Positions 1 to 11,298 of a DNA stretch of 64,000 nt are shown here, piece by piece. The translations under genes were made by a program, and so were the position numbers. Source of the stretch: Treponema sp. (GTDB lineage Bacteria; Spirochaetota; Spirochaetia; Treponematales; Treponemataceae); NCBI GenBank assembly GCA_045627025.1, contig JAZQMW010000019.1:3047-67046 (forward strand), read 5' to 3'. The first letter of the stretch is position 1. Each line of letters starts with the position of its first letter. The notes under the pieces are model-generated. The model was not told the origin of the DNA and did no database searches. It saw only the letters and a list, made by a program, of their open reading frames with translations.

Positions 1-1808
1 ACGTTTCCTCCATGAACACCTGCTCCAGGACCTATGTCAATGATATAGTCTGCGGTAAGGAGAGTCTGTTCATCATGTTCAACGACAATCACGGAATTTC
101 CAAGATCCCTAAGATATGTAAGGGAATCAATTAGACGCTGGTTGTCCCTCTGGTGAAGACCGATCGAAGGCTCATCAAGAATGTACATGACACCGGTAAG
201 ACCTGAGCCAATCTGGGTTGAAAGCCTTATTCGCTGAGCCTCGCCTCCAGAAAGGGTTGCTGCGGAACGCTCAAGCGTAAGATATCCAAGTCCGACATTC
301 TTAAGAAACGAAAGCCTGGCCTTTATCTCTTTCATGACCTGACCGGCAATCTTTTTTTCAGTCTCCGAAAGCTCAAGCGAATCAAAGAAATTTATCGTAT
401 CAAGTACGCTAAGCTCCGTAAGCTCAAATATGTTTTTTCCGCCTACAGTTATGCCAAGAGCTTCCTTTCTAAGCCTTCGCCCCTTGCAGGAATTGCATTC
501 GCAATGTGACATGAATTTTTCCTGCATGCGCTCCTTCTGGGAATCCCCCCATGCTTCAACATAACGGTGCCTCATGTCGGCAAGAACACCAGTCCAGGGA
601 CGCTTGTATTCGCTGTACCCCTCACCGCTTTGCTTCTTGTACGTCCAGTGAAGGATTTTTTCCTCATCTCCGTTCCAGAGATAGTCAAACTGCTTTTTCG
701 TAAGGTTTTCAAGCGGACAATCAAGGTCAAATCCGCCTTCTTTTGAAATAGCCTCAAAAAGAGCCTTGTTCCACTCAGATTCTGGATTATAGTAAGTTAT
801 TCCGCCTTCATTGAATGACTTTGACATGTCAGGAATTATGAGATTCATGTCGAATTCCATTTTTTCACCAAGACCCGTGCAGTCAGGACATGCACCGTAA
901 GGATTATTGAAACTGAAAAGTCTTGGCTGAATCTCAGGAATCGAAATGCCGCAATCAGGACACGCATTCTTCTGGCTGAAAAAAACTTCCTCTTCAATGA
1001 AATCTGCATCCTCATCAAACTTCACGCCTCTAGCCACAAGTGACTTGCAGACAACATCATAAGCACTGTCGGTCTTATAAACGCGCCTCAAGGCAAGAAG
1101 AACACCGTCAGAACTTTCAAGCGCTGTCTCAACGGAGGAAGAAAGTCTCTTTCCAACATCGTCATTGAGAACGATTCTGTCCACTATGATTTCAATCGTA
1201 TGTTTTTTCTGCTTTTCAAGCTTTACGGTATCTTCAAGCTCACACGTGATTCCATCAATTCTCGCACGCACAAAACCTGCTTTTCTCGCATCATCAAGTA
1301 TTTTGGCATGCTCACCCTTTCTGCCCTTAACGACAGGTGAAAGAAGGGTAATCTTTGTTCCCTTGGGCCACGACATAATGGAATCTATAATCTGATCCAC
1401 GGACTGCTCATTTATCTCACGGCCGCAATTCGGACAATGAGGTTTTCCTATTCTTGCAAAAAGAAGCCTGTAATAGTCGTATATCTCGGTAACCGTACCG
1501 ACGGTGGAACGAGGATTTCTATGGGTTGTTTTCTGTTCAATGGAAATTGCAGGAGAAAGGCCTGTTATGAGGTCTACGTCAGGCTTATCCATTCGTCCAA
1601 GAAACTGTCTTGCATAGGAAGAAAGGCTTTCCATGTAACGTCTCTGACCCTCTGCAAACAGTGTGTCAAACGCAAGGGATGATTTTCCGCTTCCAGAAAG
1701 GCCTGAGATAACAACAAGCCTGTTTCGCGGGAAAGTCACGCTTATGTTCTTTAAATTGTGCTCACGGGCACCCTGTATTGTAATCTTGTCATCATTAAAA
1801 ATACTCAT
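1..1808 (-). CDS. uvrA: Excinuclease ABC subunit A, 5' part (runs off window start)
   Basis: Manual translation from ATG 1808: [22 protein letters not shown]...[36 protein letters not shown]; same frame at the window edge gives [18 protein letters not shown]. Confidence 0.97.
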   Translation of the reverse strand, partial: MSIFNDDKITIQGAREHNLKNISVTFPRNRLVVISGLSGSGKSSLAFDTLFAEGQRRYMESLSSYARQFLGRMDKPDVDLITGLSPAISIEQKTTHRNPRSTVGTVTEIYDYYRLLFARIGKPHCPNCGREINEQSVDQIIDSIMSWPKGTKITLLSPVVKGRKGEHAKILDDARKAGFVRARIDGITCELEDTVKLEKQKKHTIEIIVDRIVLNDDVGKRLSSSVETALESSDGVLLALRRVYKTDSAYDVVCKSLVARGVKFDEDADFIEEEVFFSQKNACPDCGISIPEIQPRLFSFNNPYGACPDCTGLGEKMEFDMNLIIPDMSKSFNEGGITYYNPESEWNKALFEAISKEGGFDLDCPLENLTKKQFDYLWNGDEEKILHWTYKKQSGEGYSEYKRPWTGVLADMRHRYVEAWGDSQKERMQEKFMSHCECNSCKGRRLRKEALGITVGGKNIFELTELSVLDTINFFDSLELSETEKKIAGQVMKEIKARLSFLKNVGLGYLTLERSAATLSGGEAQRIRLSTQIGSGLTGVMYILDEPSIGLHQRDNQRLIDSLTYLRDLGNSVIVVEHDEQTLLTADYIIDIGPGAGVHGGN

Positions 1809-1882
1809 AGCAATCCTGTAAACCGATTGGTAAAATTCATATTTTGAAAAAACACCAATTTTCCGAAAATCATAATAAGTTA

Positions 1883-1913
1883 CCTCTAAAAACTGCAATT
1901 TTTAGAAGTTTCC
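1883..1913. repeat. REP-like palindrome (CTCTAAAAA-N-TTTTTAGAG family)
   Basis: CCTCTAAAAACTGCAATTTTTAGAAGTTTCC; related copies at 27918, 28649, 32882, 51640. Confidence 0.6.
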
Positions 1914-2305
1914 ATAAGCTTTCAGCCAAAAACAATGTCTGAAAAGTATATCACAATTTTCATAAAAAGTATATTATGGGAGAAACTAAAAAAAACAGTT
2001 TTTGAAAAGCAAACCGGCACAAGCCTCAAAGCAGGGAAATTTTCAGGCAGAAAAAGACACGAGCACAGGCATCAGGAAAACTTCATGTTCATTCCACTGG
2101 ATAACAAACCAACTTTTGCCGGACCATTCGCAAATCTTTCGAAAAAAATAATTTCAAATGATTTGCCAGGGAAAACCGATTGGTTGCAATTAACCAGCAA
2201 TCTTTTTTAAGGTTTTTGTAAAAGTTTTTTAAGACAGATTTATGATTTTTCAAAACCATGCGCAATTGAATTATGGAAAATCACCAGGACAAACGAGAGA
2301 AAAAA

Positions 2306-3073
2306 ATGTCAGAGAGAAACAAAAAAATTTCAGCACTAATACTTTCCTGCAAAAAACAGGGCGAAAACAACAGGCTCGCAACATACATCACCAGGGACGG
2401 AATATTCCAAAGCGTCCTTTACGGTGGCCCCAAAAGCAAGCTCAAGTCGCTCGTGCAGCAGTTCAACTCGGGAACACTATTTACCTACAGCGACGAATCA
2501 AAGCACACGTCAAAAATAACGGATTTTGACGTAAAGGGATATCATCTCGGAATAAGAAACGACATCTACAAGATATATGCGGCAAACCTTGCATGCGAGA
2601 TAGTAATGAAAACAAAATGCGCTGGAGATTCTGAAAATGCATTCGTGCTCCTAAACGCCATGCTTGACGGAATAGACAGGTCAAGCGAAAAAGAATCAAG
2701 GCTCGGACTTCTAAGATTTCTTTGGCGATATACGGGACTTCTCGGAGTGCAGCCAGATGTAACGCACTGTGCTGAATGCAAAGAATTCCTTCTGTCTTCA
2801 TCAGGCGGAGGATTTTACTCAGAAAGGCATTCAGGCATCATATGCCAGGAGTGCATGTCGGAAAATGATGCGGAAAAATCTTCAGGACTTTTTCTGGACA
2901 TCCATGCACTTACGTACCTTGCGGCAATCAACGAACTGAAGCCTTCAAAAGTAAGAGAGCTGATTGTTCCGGCAGAATCTGCATATGTAATGAAATCGTT
3001 TCTTTTCAGCTTAATGGAAAAATGCGTCGACACAAGACTTGAAAGCCTTGAGGGAGGCCGGGGTATCCTTTAG
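2306..3073 (+). CDS. recO: DNA repair protein RecO
   Basis: N-terminal OB-fold-like GENNRLATYIT...G, C-terminal Zn finger CAEC...ICQEC, LLRFLWRYTGLLGVQPD. Confidence 0.9.
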   Translation: MSERNKKISALILSCKKQGENNRLATYITRDGIFQSVLYGGPKSKLKSLVQQFNSGTLFTYSDESKHTSKITDFDVKGYHLGIRNDIYKIYAANLACEIVMKTKCAGDSENAFVLLNAMLDGIDRSSEKESRLGLLRFLWRYTGLLGVQPDVTHCAECKEFLLSSSGGGFYSERHSGIICQECMSENDAEKSSGLFLDIHALTYLAAINELKPSKVRELIVPAESAYVMKSFLFSLMEKCVDTRLESLEGGRGIL

Positions 3074-3513
3074 TCCAAGCAAAGCCACAGATTTTCGGGA
3101 AAACGTCCAGAATCATGAACAGCATTTGGAAAAGGCAACATGCAGAATTTCCAAAATGGCATTTCCATGCTTTTTTTCAGCTTGATTGACATTTGCCGCT
3201 TATTGCATAATAATTATAAGTAAGGTAAAAAACGCAGTCTTTGGGGCCTGCAAAAAAAAGAAAGGAATCCATAATTTTCATCATGGATTCGAATTACAAA
3301 TTTAAATTATAAAAAATCATGCATGTCTTTCAAAATCCAAAGGCAGCATTTTCTGAAAACGGCATGAAGATGGAGCTTTCTTCAGGAACAATTGCCAGGC
3401 ACGCCTCGGCTTTTTTCTCAGGAATTACAATTCATCGGATTTTCAGCCAATGCCCTTGATTTTTTGCATTGAAAGTCTTAACTTTATATTACGAAAACAA
3501 TTTGAGGATAAAA

Positions 3514-3897
3514 ATGAGCGACGAAACAGAAAGCAACAAAACAAATGAAACAGAAAAGGAATCTACTTCTCAAGGAAATTCGGAATTCGGAAAAAAAGTC
3601 ATGGACTATTTTGACAAGGGATTGAAGGCCTCATACAAGGGTCTCAAAAATGCCGGAGTCGTTCTCAGTGAATTTGGAGACAAGTCTGTAATAAAGATCG
3701 ACATTTCAAAGCTCAGGAGCAAGCTCGAAAAACTCTACAGGGAGATAGGAAAGCTCACGACAGACAAGCTCCTTTCAAACGAAAGCGATGCCATCACAAA
3801 AGACACTGAGGAAATATCCGACAAAATAGCAGAAGTTGCAGAAATCAAAAACAAGATAAGGGCAAAGGAAGAAGAACTGAGTCAGTTCGAGAAATAG
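3514..3897 (+). CDS. Hypothetical coiled-coil protein
   Basis: GAGG SD before ATG 3514; helical K/E-rich product. Confidence 0.75.
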   Translation: MSDETESNKTNETEKESTSQGNSEFGKKVMDYFDKGLKASYKGLKNAGVVLSEFGDKSVIKIDISKLRSKLEKLYREIGKLTTDKLLSNESDAITKDTEEISDKIAEVAEIKNKIRAKEEELSQFEK

Positions 3898-4217
3898 CCT
3901 TCAAGCCTTTCATATGCCGTCTTATGCTCTGAACAAAAAGACTCGTTCAGGGCTTCAAGGTCACCTTCCATCTTGGCACGGAGAACATCTTCAAGCTTCT
4001 GGCCCGCATCTGCAAGTTTTTCAAGAGCAAGCTGCCTTGCGGGTCCCTTTATCGAATGCACGTAATCGGCGGCACTCTTCCTGTCATTTTTTTCAAGACC
4101 ACGAAGCATTTCCATGTCAAGCTTTTTATCACTCAAAAAAGAATTCAAGAGGATTTCAAGCAGTTCACTGTCATTGTCCACCATTTCCAAAGCCAAATTC
4201 AAATTAAAAACTTCCAT
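3882..4217 (-). CDS. Stand-alone Hpt (histidine phosphotransfer) domain protein
   Basis: HSIKG phospho-acceptor motif, ALEMV..D.ELL..LL..F; AAGGA SD. Confidence 0.85.
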   Translation of the reverse strand: MEVFNLNLALEMVDNDSELLEILLNSFLSDKKLDMEMLRGLEKNDRKSAADYVHSIKGPARQLALEKLADAGQKLEDVLRAKMEGDLEALNESFCSEHKTAYERLEGYFSN

Positions 4218-4247
4218 AAAGTGATTCCTTCTGATATAATATTCTAC

Positions 4248-6017
4248 ATGAAAAAATTACAACTTGCAATAAAAATCAACATGATACTGGCGGTCATTTT
4301 CTCGCTGTGTACATTTCCAATCAACGCAGACATTTCAATTCTTGCGCTTCCGATTTCCATGGCATTCACATTCTTTCTTTACAGATACACGTTCGTGCAG
4401 ATCATAAAAAAGAATTCCGTCCAGAAAATAAGTGCCATCAGACGGTATTTCCAATACGAGCCTTTCGTTTACATAACGGCTTTCGTACTCCAAAGGTCAG
4501 GAAAAACGGGTTTTCCATATGCATTCGACCTCATCCTTTCCATACTGTGGATTTTTCTGCTGGCTTTTTCTGTTTACTTCCAGATAGTTCTTTCGGACAA
4601 AAAGATCCACAAAACATCTGAAGAATGGGCAAAATTCATAAAGGAACATCCTGCATCAAAACCTGAAGGCAGCAAAAGAATCGCATACGAAATTCTTGAA
4701 TGGGCAGACGCACTCCTCCAGGCCGTGTTCACCATCATACTTCTGAACATTTTTCTTTTCCAGCTTTATGAAATTCCGTCAGAAAGCATGGTTCCGACAT
4801 TTCTCATAAAAGACCGCGTGATTGTGGGAAAAACACTCGCAGGCCCGAAATTTCCATTAAGCGAAGTGGGACTACCATACCTCCAGAACTACAAGAGGGG
4901 CGACATTGTCGTATTCAGGAATCCACATTACGGTTCCGACAGAAAAAGCGAAGTAAAGACTTTCTTCAGCCAGTTCATATACATGTGCACCCTTACGCTC
5001 GTAAAGACAAACACGGATGAAAACGGAGAGCTCAAGGCTGATCCGCTTGTAAAAAGAGTCACGGCAGTCCCTGGAGAGCAGATATACATGCTTGACGGAA
5101 CATTATATGCAAGGACCAGGGATTCCAAGGATTTCGAGGCAGTAAAGGAAGACTACAAATATGCCGCATGGAACCTGAACGGACTTTCAGGCAAAATGAA
5201 ATCAAGAATCAAGCAGTTCCCGATTTCACAAGACCAGGCGGAACAGACACTGTACATTGAAAAGTCAAGGCGGGAACTTGATTTTTATACAGTGGCTTCA
5301 GAATGCAGGAGCCTTGCAAACCAGTTCAGGCAGTATGCATCGGTAGCCCAGAAATCAGGAAACAACTTTTCCGCATCTGAAAGGGATTTGTTCGCATACA
5401 GCCTTTTCAGCAACATAAACAGCATAACGACATCTCTTTTGACCGCAGAAAACGGCTCAGAATGGTTCGAAAAATTCATGACAAGCTGGATTACGGAGAA
5501 TCCCGCATGCTTTGAAAAAGGAACTATGATAGGCGGTGATGCCTATACGGATTCAAATTTCAGGCTCAACATCATGACAAAACTCATTTTCGGAAGAATT
5601 CTCCTGAGAAACGCGGACCTCATCGTAAGGGAAGTGCCTGTAGGAAAATGGAACGAAGATGAATACAGGCTTGAATGCTTCGCAAAGGCACAATACCTCT
5701 CGGACTACATCCTGAACCTTGACTTGAGAAACCTTCCTGTATTTCCGGAAAGCGATGTTGACGGAACGCCAAACTACATTCCAGAAGACTGCTTCTTCAT
5801 GATGGGAGACAACAGGTACAATTCGCTCGACATGAGGCACAGCTATGAGCAGAAATTCATGGCACTCACCAAAAACGATTCCATGAGCATAACATACTAT
5901 TCAAGCATAGACCCACAGTATGTTCCAAAATCAAGGATTCTCGGAAAGGCAAGCTACAGATTCTGGCCTGTCGACAGAATAGGAATTCCTGGAAGCGGTG
6001 CAAGGGAAAGACGATAG
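4248..6017 (+). CDS. lepB: Signal peptidase I (long spirochaete type with N-terminal TM region and large insertion)
   Basis: YEIPSESMVPT (catalytic Ser), RGDIVVF, LVKRV (catalytic Lys), FMMGDNRYNSLDMR. Confidence 0.92.
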   Translation: MKKLQLAIKINMILAVIFSLCTFPINADISILALPISMAFTFFLYRYTFVQIIKKNSVQKISAIRRYFQYEPFVYITAFVLQRSGKTGFPYAFDLILSILWIFLLAFSVYFQIVLSDKKIHKTSEEWAKFIKEHPASKPEGSKRIAYEILEWADALLQAVFTIILLNIFLFQLYEIPSESMVPTFLIKDRVIVGKTLAGPKFPLSEVGLPYLQNYKRGDIVVFRNPHYGSDRKSEVKTFFSQFIYMCTLTLVKTNTDENGELKADPLVKRVTAVPGEQIYMLDGTLYARTRDSKDFEAVKEDYKYAAWNLNGLSGKMKSRIKQFPISQDQAEQTLYIEKSRRELDFYTVASECRSLANQFRQYASVAQKSGNNFSASERDLFAYSLFSNINSITTSLLTAENGSEWFEKFMTSWITENPACFEKGTMIGGDAYTDSNFRLNIMTKLIFGRILLRNADLIVREVPVGKWNEDEYRLECFAKAQYLSDYILNLDLRNLPVFPESDVDGTPNYIPEDCFFMMGDNRYNSLDMRHSYEQKFMALTKNDSMSITYYSSIDPQYVPKSRILGKASYRFWPVDRIGIPGSGARERR

Positions 6018-6156
6018 GAAAAAACATCTTCTTGGTGTCATGAAGATGCATGAAAAACATATGCCGGTGAATGATTCGGGATTCGTTTTGAACCACGTTT
6101 TCACTCACCGGCATTTTTTTCAATCCAACACATGCTTTGAAAATCACTGCAAAAAT

Positions 6157-7830
6157 TTACGACCAAATCTCTGCGGCTTCGTTTCTCTTTATTTTTCCGC
6201 TTATTGTCTTTGGAAGTGAAGGCGCAAATTCAATCGCGCGGGGACATTTGTAAAGAGCGGTAAGGCCCTTGACAAATCCAAATATCTCCACCTGAAGTTT
6301 CTTTGAAGGCTCAAATCCTTTTTTCAGGACTATTACGGCTTTTACCGACTGCCCCCTCTTCACGTCCGGCACGCCAAACACGATGCATTCAGATACTGCA
6401 GGATGCGTCATGAGTATGCTTTCAACTTCAAAAGGACTTATCCTGTAACCGGAAGACTTTATGACGTCATCCCTTCTGCCCGAATAAAAGACAAACCCAT
6501 CTTCATCCATGAAGGCATTGTCTTTGGTATGGTATATTCCCCCTGAAAATGTCTTTTCAGTAAGTTCATCTTCCCTGTAATATCCTGCAAAAATTCCCGT
6601 CTGAAATCCGGATTCCGGCATCCTGATGACGATTTCCCCAGTCTCTCCTGCCCTGCATGGATTTCCATTTTCATCGGCAATATACGCATCATAAAGGGGG
6701 TTGAATTTTCCGACAGAACCTTTCTTCACTTTTTCATCAAAAAAATTCCCTGCGATAAGCGTCGATTCAGTCTGTCCGTATCCCTCGCGAAGCTCGATTC
6801 CAGTCTGCTCAAGAAACATGTCGAATATCTCATGAGGAAGAGTCTCGCCTGCAGTAGTGCATCTTTTGACTGAAGAAAAATCATAACGCGAAACATCCTG
6901 CCTTACAAGATACCTGTAGACCGTGGGTGGAGCGCAAAATGAAGTCACGTGATATTCGCCAATCTTTTTTAAAACCCTGTCAGGCCTGAATGATTCCATG
7001 TCATATACAAATACCGCGCATCCAGAAAACCACTGTCCGTACAGCTTGCCCCATATGGCCTTTCCCCATCCAGTTTCCGCAATCGTAAAGTGAAGTCCAT
7101 CCTCAACACATCCATGCCAGAATTTTCCGGTAACGATATGGCCCAGAGGATATGATGAAAGATGCACGACCATCTTTGGATTGCCGCTTGTCCCGGACGT
7201 AAAATACAAAAGCATCGGGTCACTGGAAGAAAGATTCTTTTTAAGAGAGGGATCAAGAATTGTCGACTCCTTTTCAAACCTGTCATGAAAATAAATCCAG
7301 TCAGGAGAAAAGTCACTTACATTCTCCTCAACCGTTACAAGTTTCTCAACATATCGGGATTTTTCAGAAGCACGCATTATCTCTTTTTTCAGCTTCTCGT
7401 TTCCATACGTAACTATTGCCTTGACGGAAGCTTTTTCAGTCCTGTAGAAAATATCTTTTTCCAAAAGCTGGTCAGTGCATGGAACCGCAATTGCGCCTAT
7501 TTTTGAAAGGGCCATCATGAAAAACCAGAACTCATAACGCCTCCTCAGAATAAGCATTACGCAGTCACCCTTTTTTATGCCGATGGAAATGAGAAAGTTC
7601 GCAGTTTTGTTGGAAGCGACAGAAATGTCCTTGAATGAAAAAATTTTCTCAGAGCCATTGTCATCAACCCAGACAAGTGCACGCTTGGTCGGCTCATTCA
7701 CCGCATAGTCATCAACAACATCATATGCAAAATTGAAATCAGGAGGAACATTCAGCTTGAAATTCCCCTTAAAATCATCATAACCGACAAAATCCTTTTT
7801 ACCCTGAAGATAATTACCATATAGCGTCAT
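6157..7830 (-). CDS. Acyl-CoA synthetase (AMP-forming)
   Basis: YFTSGTSGNPK, EGYGQTE, GRRDDVIKSSGYRISPFEVES, LPKTISGKIKR. Confidence 0.92.
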   Translation of the reverse strand: MTLYGNYLQGKKDFVGYDDFKGNFKLNVPPDFNFAYDVVDDYAVNEPTKRALVWVDDNGSEKIFSFKDISVASNKTANFLISIGIKKGDCVMLILRRRYEFWFFMMALSKIGAIAVPCTDQLLEKDIFYRTEKASVKAIVTYGNEKLKKEIMRASEKSRYVEKLVTVEENVSDFSPDWIYFHDRFEKESTILDPSLKKNLSSSDPMLLYFTSGTSGNPKMVVHLSSYPLGHIVTGKFWHGCVEDGLHFTIAETGWGKAIWGKLYGQWFSGCAVFVYDMESFRPDRVLKKIGEYHVTSFCAPPTVYRYLVRQDVSRYDFSSVKRCTTAGETLPHEIFDMFLEQTGIELREGYGQTESTLIAGNFFDEKVKKGSVGKFNPLYDAYIADENGNPCRAGETGEIVIRMPESGFQTGIFAGYYREDELTEKTFSGGIYHTKDNAFMDEDGFVFYSGRRDDVIKSSGYRISPFEVESILMTHPAVSECIVFGVPDVKRGQSVKAVIVLKKGFEPSKKLQVEIFGFVKGLTALYKCPRAIEFAPSLPKTISGKIKRNEAAEIWS

Positions 7831-8330
7831 AAATTCCGTCCCGACATGATTTCAAAATGATAAAATCACAATCTTTGTTATTATGTCATAATGACACACA
7901 ACAAAACAATTGTCAAGTAAAAAACTGACAGCTAATCCAAAATCAGGCAAAAACAGATAACCCAACACTGGGTTTGTTGAAAAACACGTAGAGCCTTTGC
8001 GGACAAAGTTTCCTGAAAATGCAGCAATCTCAGGAACAATTCGCAAATCAGAAAAAGCCAATGTTAGGTTTATTTTACATCTCAAGCCATAACAGCAGTA
8101 AAAAAAGAAACATGAATAAAGAACTTCATTATGCTTAAAGACGGAAACCCATAGTTTTTTTGCAGTGAAGAGATTCGTACTTTCGCCTTGAACGTGAAAA
8201 GAGCTAGCAGAGGCGATTGAAGATTTTCATTTTGTGATGCAGAAATGAACGCTGAATGACGGCATGATATTTTTCGAGACATTCAATGCCGCCATTCCGA
8301 TTTGAAAAGACAATTTGATTTTTCTATTCT

Positions 8331-8762
8331 TTATTTTTTTGGACCGAGCATTTCCTGCATGGTGTGCCATCCAAGAACTGCACATTTTACGCGAGCCGGC
8401 ATGGTGCTTATGTTTTTGAGAGACGCAGCCTCATCAAGCATTTCTATATCCTCATCAGAAGCATCACCCTTTATCATTCCCATAAACACGTCTGCCTGAC
8501 GCAGGGCATCTTCCTTTTTGAGTCCAATGATGTTGTCAAGCATCATGTCAACGCTTGCCTGGCTTATCGCACATCCGGAACCTTCAAATGAACCTCCCGT
8601 AATCACTCCGTCATCATCCACATTCAGATGAAGAAGAATATTGTCACCACAGGAAGGATTGACTCCCTGAAGCGATACGGTTGCATTCTCAAGCATCCCC
8701 TTATGAGAAGGATTAAGATTATGCTCGTTGAGTATTTCCTGATAAAGTGCCTTCAAATCCAT
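8331..8762 (-). CDS. sufU: SUF system Fe-S assembly protein SufU (NifU-like)
   Basis: NPSCGD, GCAISQAS, PARVKCAVLGW. Confidence 0.93.
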   Translation of the reverse strand: MDLKALYQEILNEHNLNPSHKGMLENATVSLQGVNPSCGDNILLHLNVDDDGVITGGSFEGSGCAISQASVDMMLDNIIGLKKEDALRQADVFMGMIKGDASDEDIEMLDEAASLKNISTMPARVKCAVLGWHTMQEMLGPKK

Positions 8763-8875
8763 TTTTTTCTCCCTAAAATCAAGCCTGCATGTAAAAATTT
8801 ACGCAGACAAGAAAGATTCTTTTCATAAGCCCATAATTTCAGCCAGACTGTCGAACGGCGCAAAATCATGCACAG

Positions 8876-10120
8876 CTAATCTCTGTATCCCATGAAGGAA
8901 CGTATTTTTGCAAGACTTTCACAGAATCTTGCAACTTCATCTTCAGTGTTGTAAAAATAAACGCTTGCCCTGGCAGTACTTCCGACACCGAGTTTCTGCA
9001 TGAGTGGCTGGGCACAATGATGGCCTGCGCGCACACATATTTTCTCACTGTCAAGAAGTGATGAAATGTCATGCGGATGAACACCGTCAATCGTAAACGT
9101 AATGATTCCACAATGCCTTGAACTGTCAGGATGCCCTATTACGTTGACATGCGGTATTTTTTTCATTTCCTCCATCATGAGGGATGCAAGATGATTGTCG
9201 TTTTCCTCGATATTTGAAAATCCCACATCTGAAAGATATTCAATTGCGGCCCTCAATCCGACAGCACCGCCTGCATTTACGGTACCTGCCTCAAACTTGT
9301 GGGGAACCTCGGCATACGTTGCCCCGTCGCGGGTTACATATTCAATCATCTCACCGCCACGCATAAAAGGCTGCATGGATTCAAGAAAATCCATCTTTCC
9401 ATAAAGAACGCCAATTCCCATCGGTCCAAGAAGCTTGTGCCCTGAAAAAGCCAGAAAATCGGCACCAAGGGCATTTACATCCACCTTAAAATGAGGCGTA
9501 GACTGTGCACCGTCAACAATCACGGCAGCACCTTTTCCCCCGTTTCCGACTTTGTGCGCATAATCTGCAATTTCCCTTACAGGATTCGTAATTCCCAAAA
9601 CATTGCTTACATGTGCGATTGAAACTATCTTTGTCTTGGAATTTATCTTCGATTCATATTCTGCACGCGATATGATTCCGCTTTCGTCACACTCAAGCCA
9701 TACAAGTCTTGCTTTTTTTGCACTGGCAACCATCTGCCACGGAAGTATGTTTGAATGATGCTCCATGCATGATATCACAATCTCATCGCCTTCAGAAACA
9801 TTTTCCATTCCATAGCTGTATGCGACAAGATTCAGGCTTTCGGAAGTATTTCTCGTAAAAACGATTTCAGATGCCTTGTTCGCATTTATGAATTTTGCGA
9901 CAGCCTCACGAGCATTTTCGTAATCATCTGTGGCACGGACACTAAGCCCGTAAAGTCCACGAAGAGGATTCGCATTGTTTCTTCTGTAAAAATCGGCAAC
10001 AGCCTCTATCACGCATTCCGGACGTTGTGAAGTTGCGGCACTGTCAAAATATATGACGCCTTCGTTTTCTTTTTGCTGAAAAATCTTAAAATCTTTTCTG
10101 TATATTGACGTATCCATCAT
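8876..10120 (-). CDS. sufS: Cysteine desulfurase SufS
   Basis: DSAATSQRP, FSGHKLLGP (PLP Lys), RAGHHCAQP. Confidence 0.95.
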   Translation of the reverse strand: MMDTSIYRKDFKIFQQKENEGVIYFDSAATSQRPECVIEAVADFYRRNNANPLRGLYGLSVRATDDYENAREAVAKFINANKASEIVFTRNTSESLNLVAYSYGMENVSEGDEIVISCMEHHSNILPWQMVASAKKARLVWLECDESGIISRAEYESKINSKTKIVSIAHVSNVLGITNPVREIADYAHKVGNGGKGAAVIVDGAQSTPHFKVDVNALGADFLAFSGHKLLGPMGIGVLYGKMDFLESMQPFMRGGEMIEYVTRDGATYAEVPHKFEAGTVNAGGAVGLRAAIEYLSDVGFSNIEENDNHLASLMMEEMKKIPHVNVIGHPDSSRHCGIITFTIDGVHPHDISSLLDSEKICVRAGHHCAQPLMQKLGVGSTARASVYFYNTEDEVARFCESLAKIRSFMGYRD

Positions 10121-10253
10121 TTTTTCCTGATAGCTTTAAGCCCACACTACAGGCTTAAAATCCCCAAATTTAAATCCCGGCCTTAACAATTCCACGACCT
10201 GAAAGCAATCTGCATCTGCATGAATCACAAATCAAAAAACATCATGCAAAATG

Positions 10254-11252
10254 TCATTTTTCAATGAATCCAAGAATATCGGCCACAAGTTTCTCGTCTT
10301 CAATGAAACGAGTCACTTTAATCACCTTTGCCTTTGTAAGAAGTTCTTCTGCAAGAGCTTTGTCTATGCCTCTGCTCTGCATGTAAAAAAGTTTCTCCAT
10401 GTCAAGTTTTCCAATGCTTGATCCATGACGGCCATCAACTGATTCCTCATCACACAAAATGACAGGAAGTGTCTTGTTGGTTACTTCAGGACTTAAAAGA
10501 AGGACATCTTCCTCTTCATCGCCTTTTGATTCAACACATCCTTTTTTAAAATCTATGGTACCGCGCCATGTCTTTTTACCGCAGCCTGAGACAACACCGT
10601 CAGCCCTGTAAAAGCTTTCAGTTTCCCTTCCCTTATGGAAAGCGACATAGTTCATGTCAAGAAATCCGCCATCCATGACTGAATAAGCTGCATTGCCTGC
10701 AAAAGAACTCCTGCATCCGCCAAGAAGGACATAGGAACCCGAATAGACATTTTTTCCGCCAAGCTGAAGTTCCGTAATCCTCACCCTTGCATTGTCCGCA
10801 CAGTATGCACCTGTTCCCGCAAAAAATTTCGAACCGCCGCCGAGCATGTTTACGATTACAACATGTACATCCGCATATTCACCTGCAAGTACGCGTATTC
10901 TTGCACCAGAGACAGGAGAAGCTCCGCATGCAATAAGATAGAATGTTCCCGAAGAGCCTTCGAGAGCCTTTATTCCAATATCAAGCATGTTTTCTCCATC
11001 AGGAGAAATTTCCACCTTCCCTGAAAAATTCTTCTTTCCGCATCCAATTTCATAATACTTCAGAGGAAGCGAAAGTTCGGAATACTTTTCGTCAAACTCT
11101 TTTCCAAGACCTGTAACAATTCCGTCAAATTCGTGTCCAGCCTGACTTTTTTCAGAAGAAACATCAGCGTCAAATTCGAGAGAAGTCCTGTTTATATTCA
11201 GAAAATTCCATGTCAGGCTTGGAAACTGGTTTACATCTACATTTATTTTCAT
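10254..11252 (-). CDS. sufD: Fe-S assembly protein SufD
   Basis: PVILCDEESVDGRHGSSIG, FYMQSRGI; position in suf operon. Confidence 0.88.
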   Translation of the reverse strand: MKINVDVNQFPSLTWNFLNINRTSLEFDADVSSEKSQAGHEFDGIVTGLGKEFDEKYSELSLPLKYYEIGCGKKNFSGKVEISPDGENMLDIGIKALEGSSGTFYLIACGASPVSGARIRVLAGEYADVHVVIVNMLGGGSKFFAGTGAYCADNARVRITELQLGGKNVYSGSYVLLGGCRSSFAGNAAYSVMDGGFLDMNYVAFHKGRETESFYRADGVVSGCGKKTWRGTIDFKKGCVESKGDEEEDVLLLSPEVTNKTLPVILCDEESVDGRHGSSIGKLDMEKLFYMQSRGIDKALAEELLTKAKVIKVTRFIEDEKLVADILGFIEK

Positions 11253-11298
11253 AATCTTACATTCCGCCTTTCATTTCAAGCTGAATGAGATCGTACAA

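Noticed and set aside
572-757. Frameshift in uvrA suggested by the ORF track
   Set aside because: Manual translation keeps one frame at the segments checked (start, 541-720, 1-60); the gene is missing from the track only because it runs off the edge.
3182-3292. Small RNA after recO (TTGACA plus two short hairpins)
   Set aside because: Promoter spacing is ambiguous and the hairpins are weak; insufficient support.
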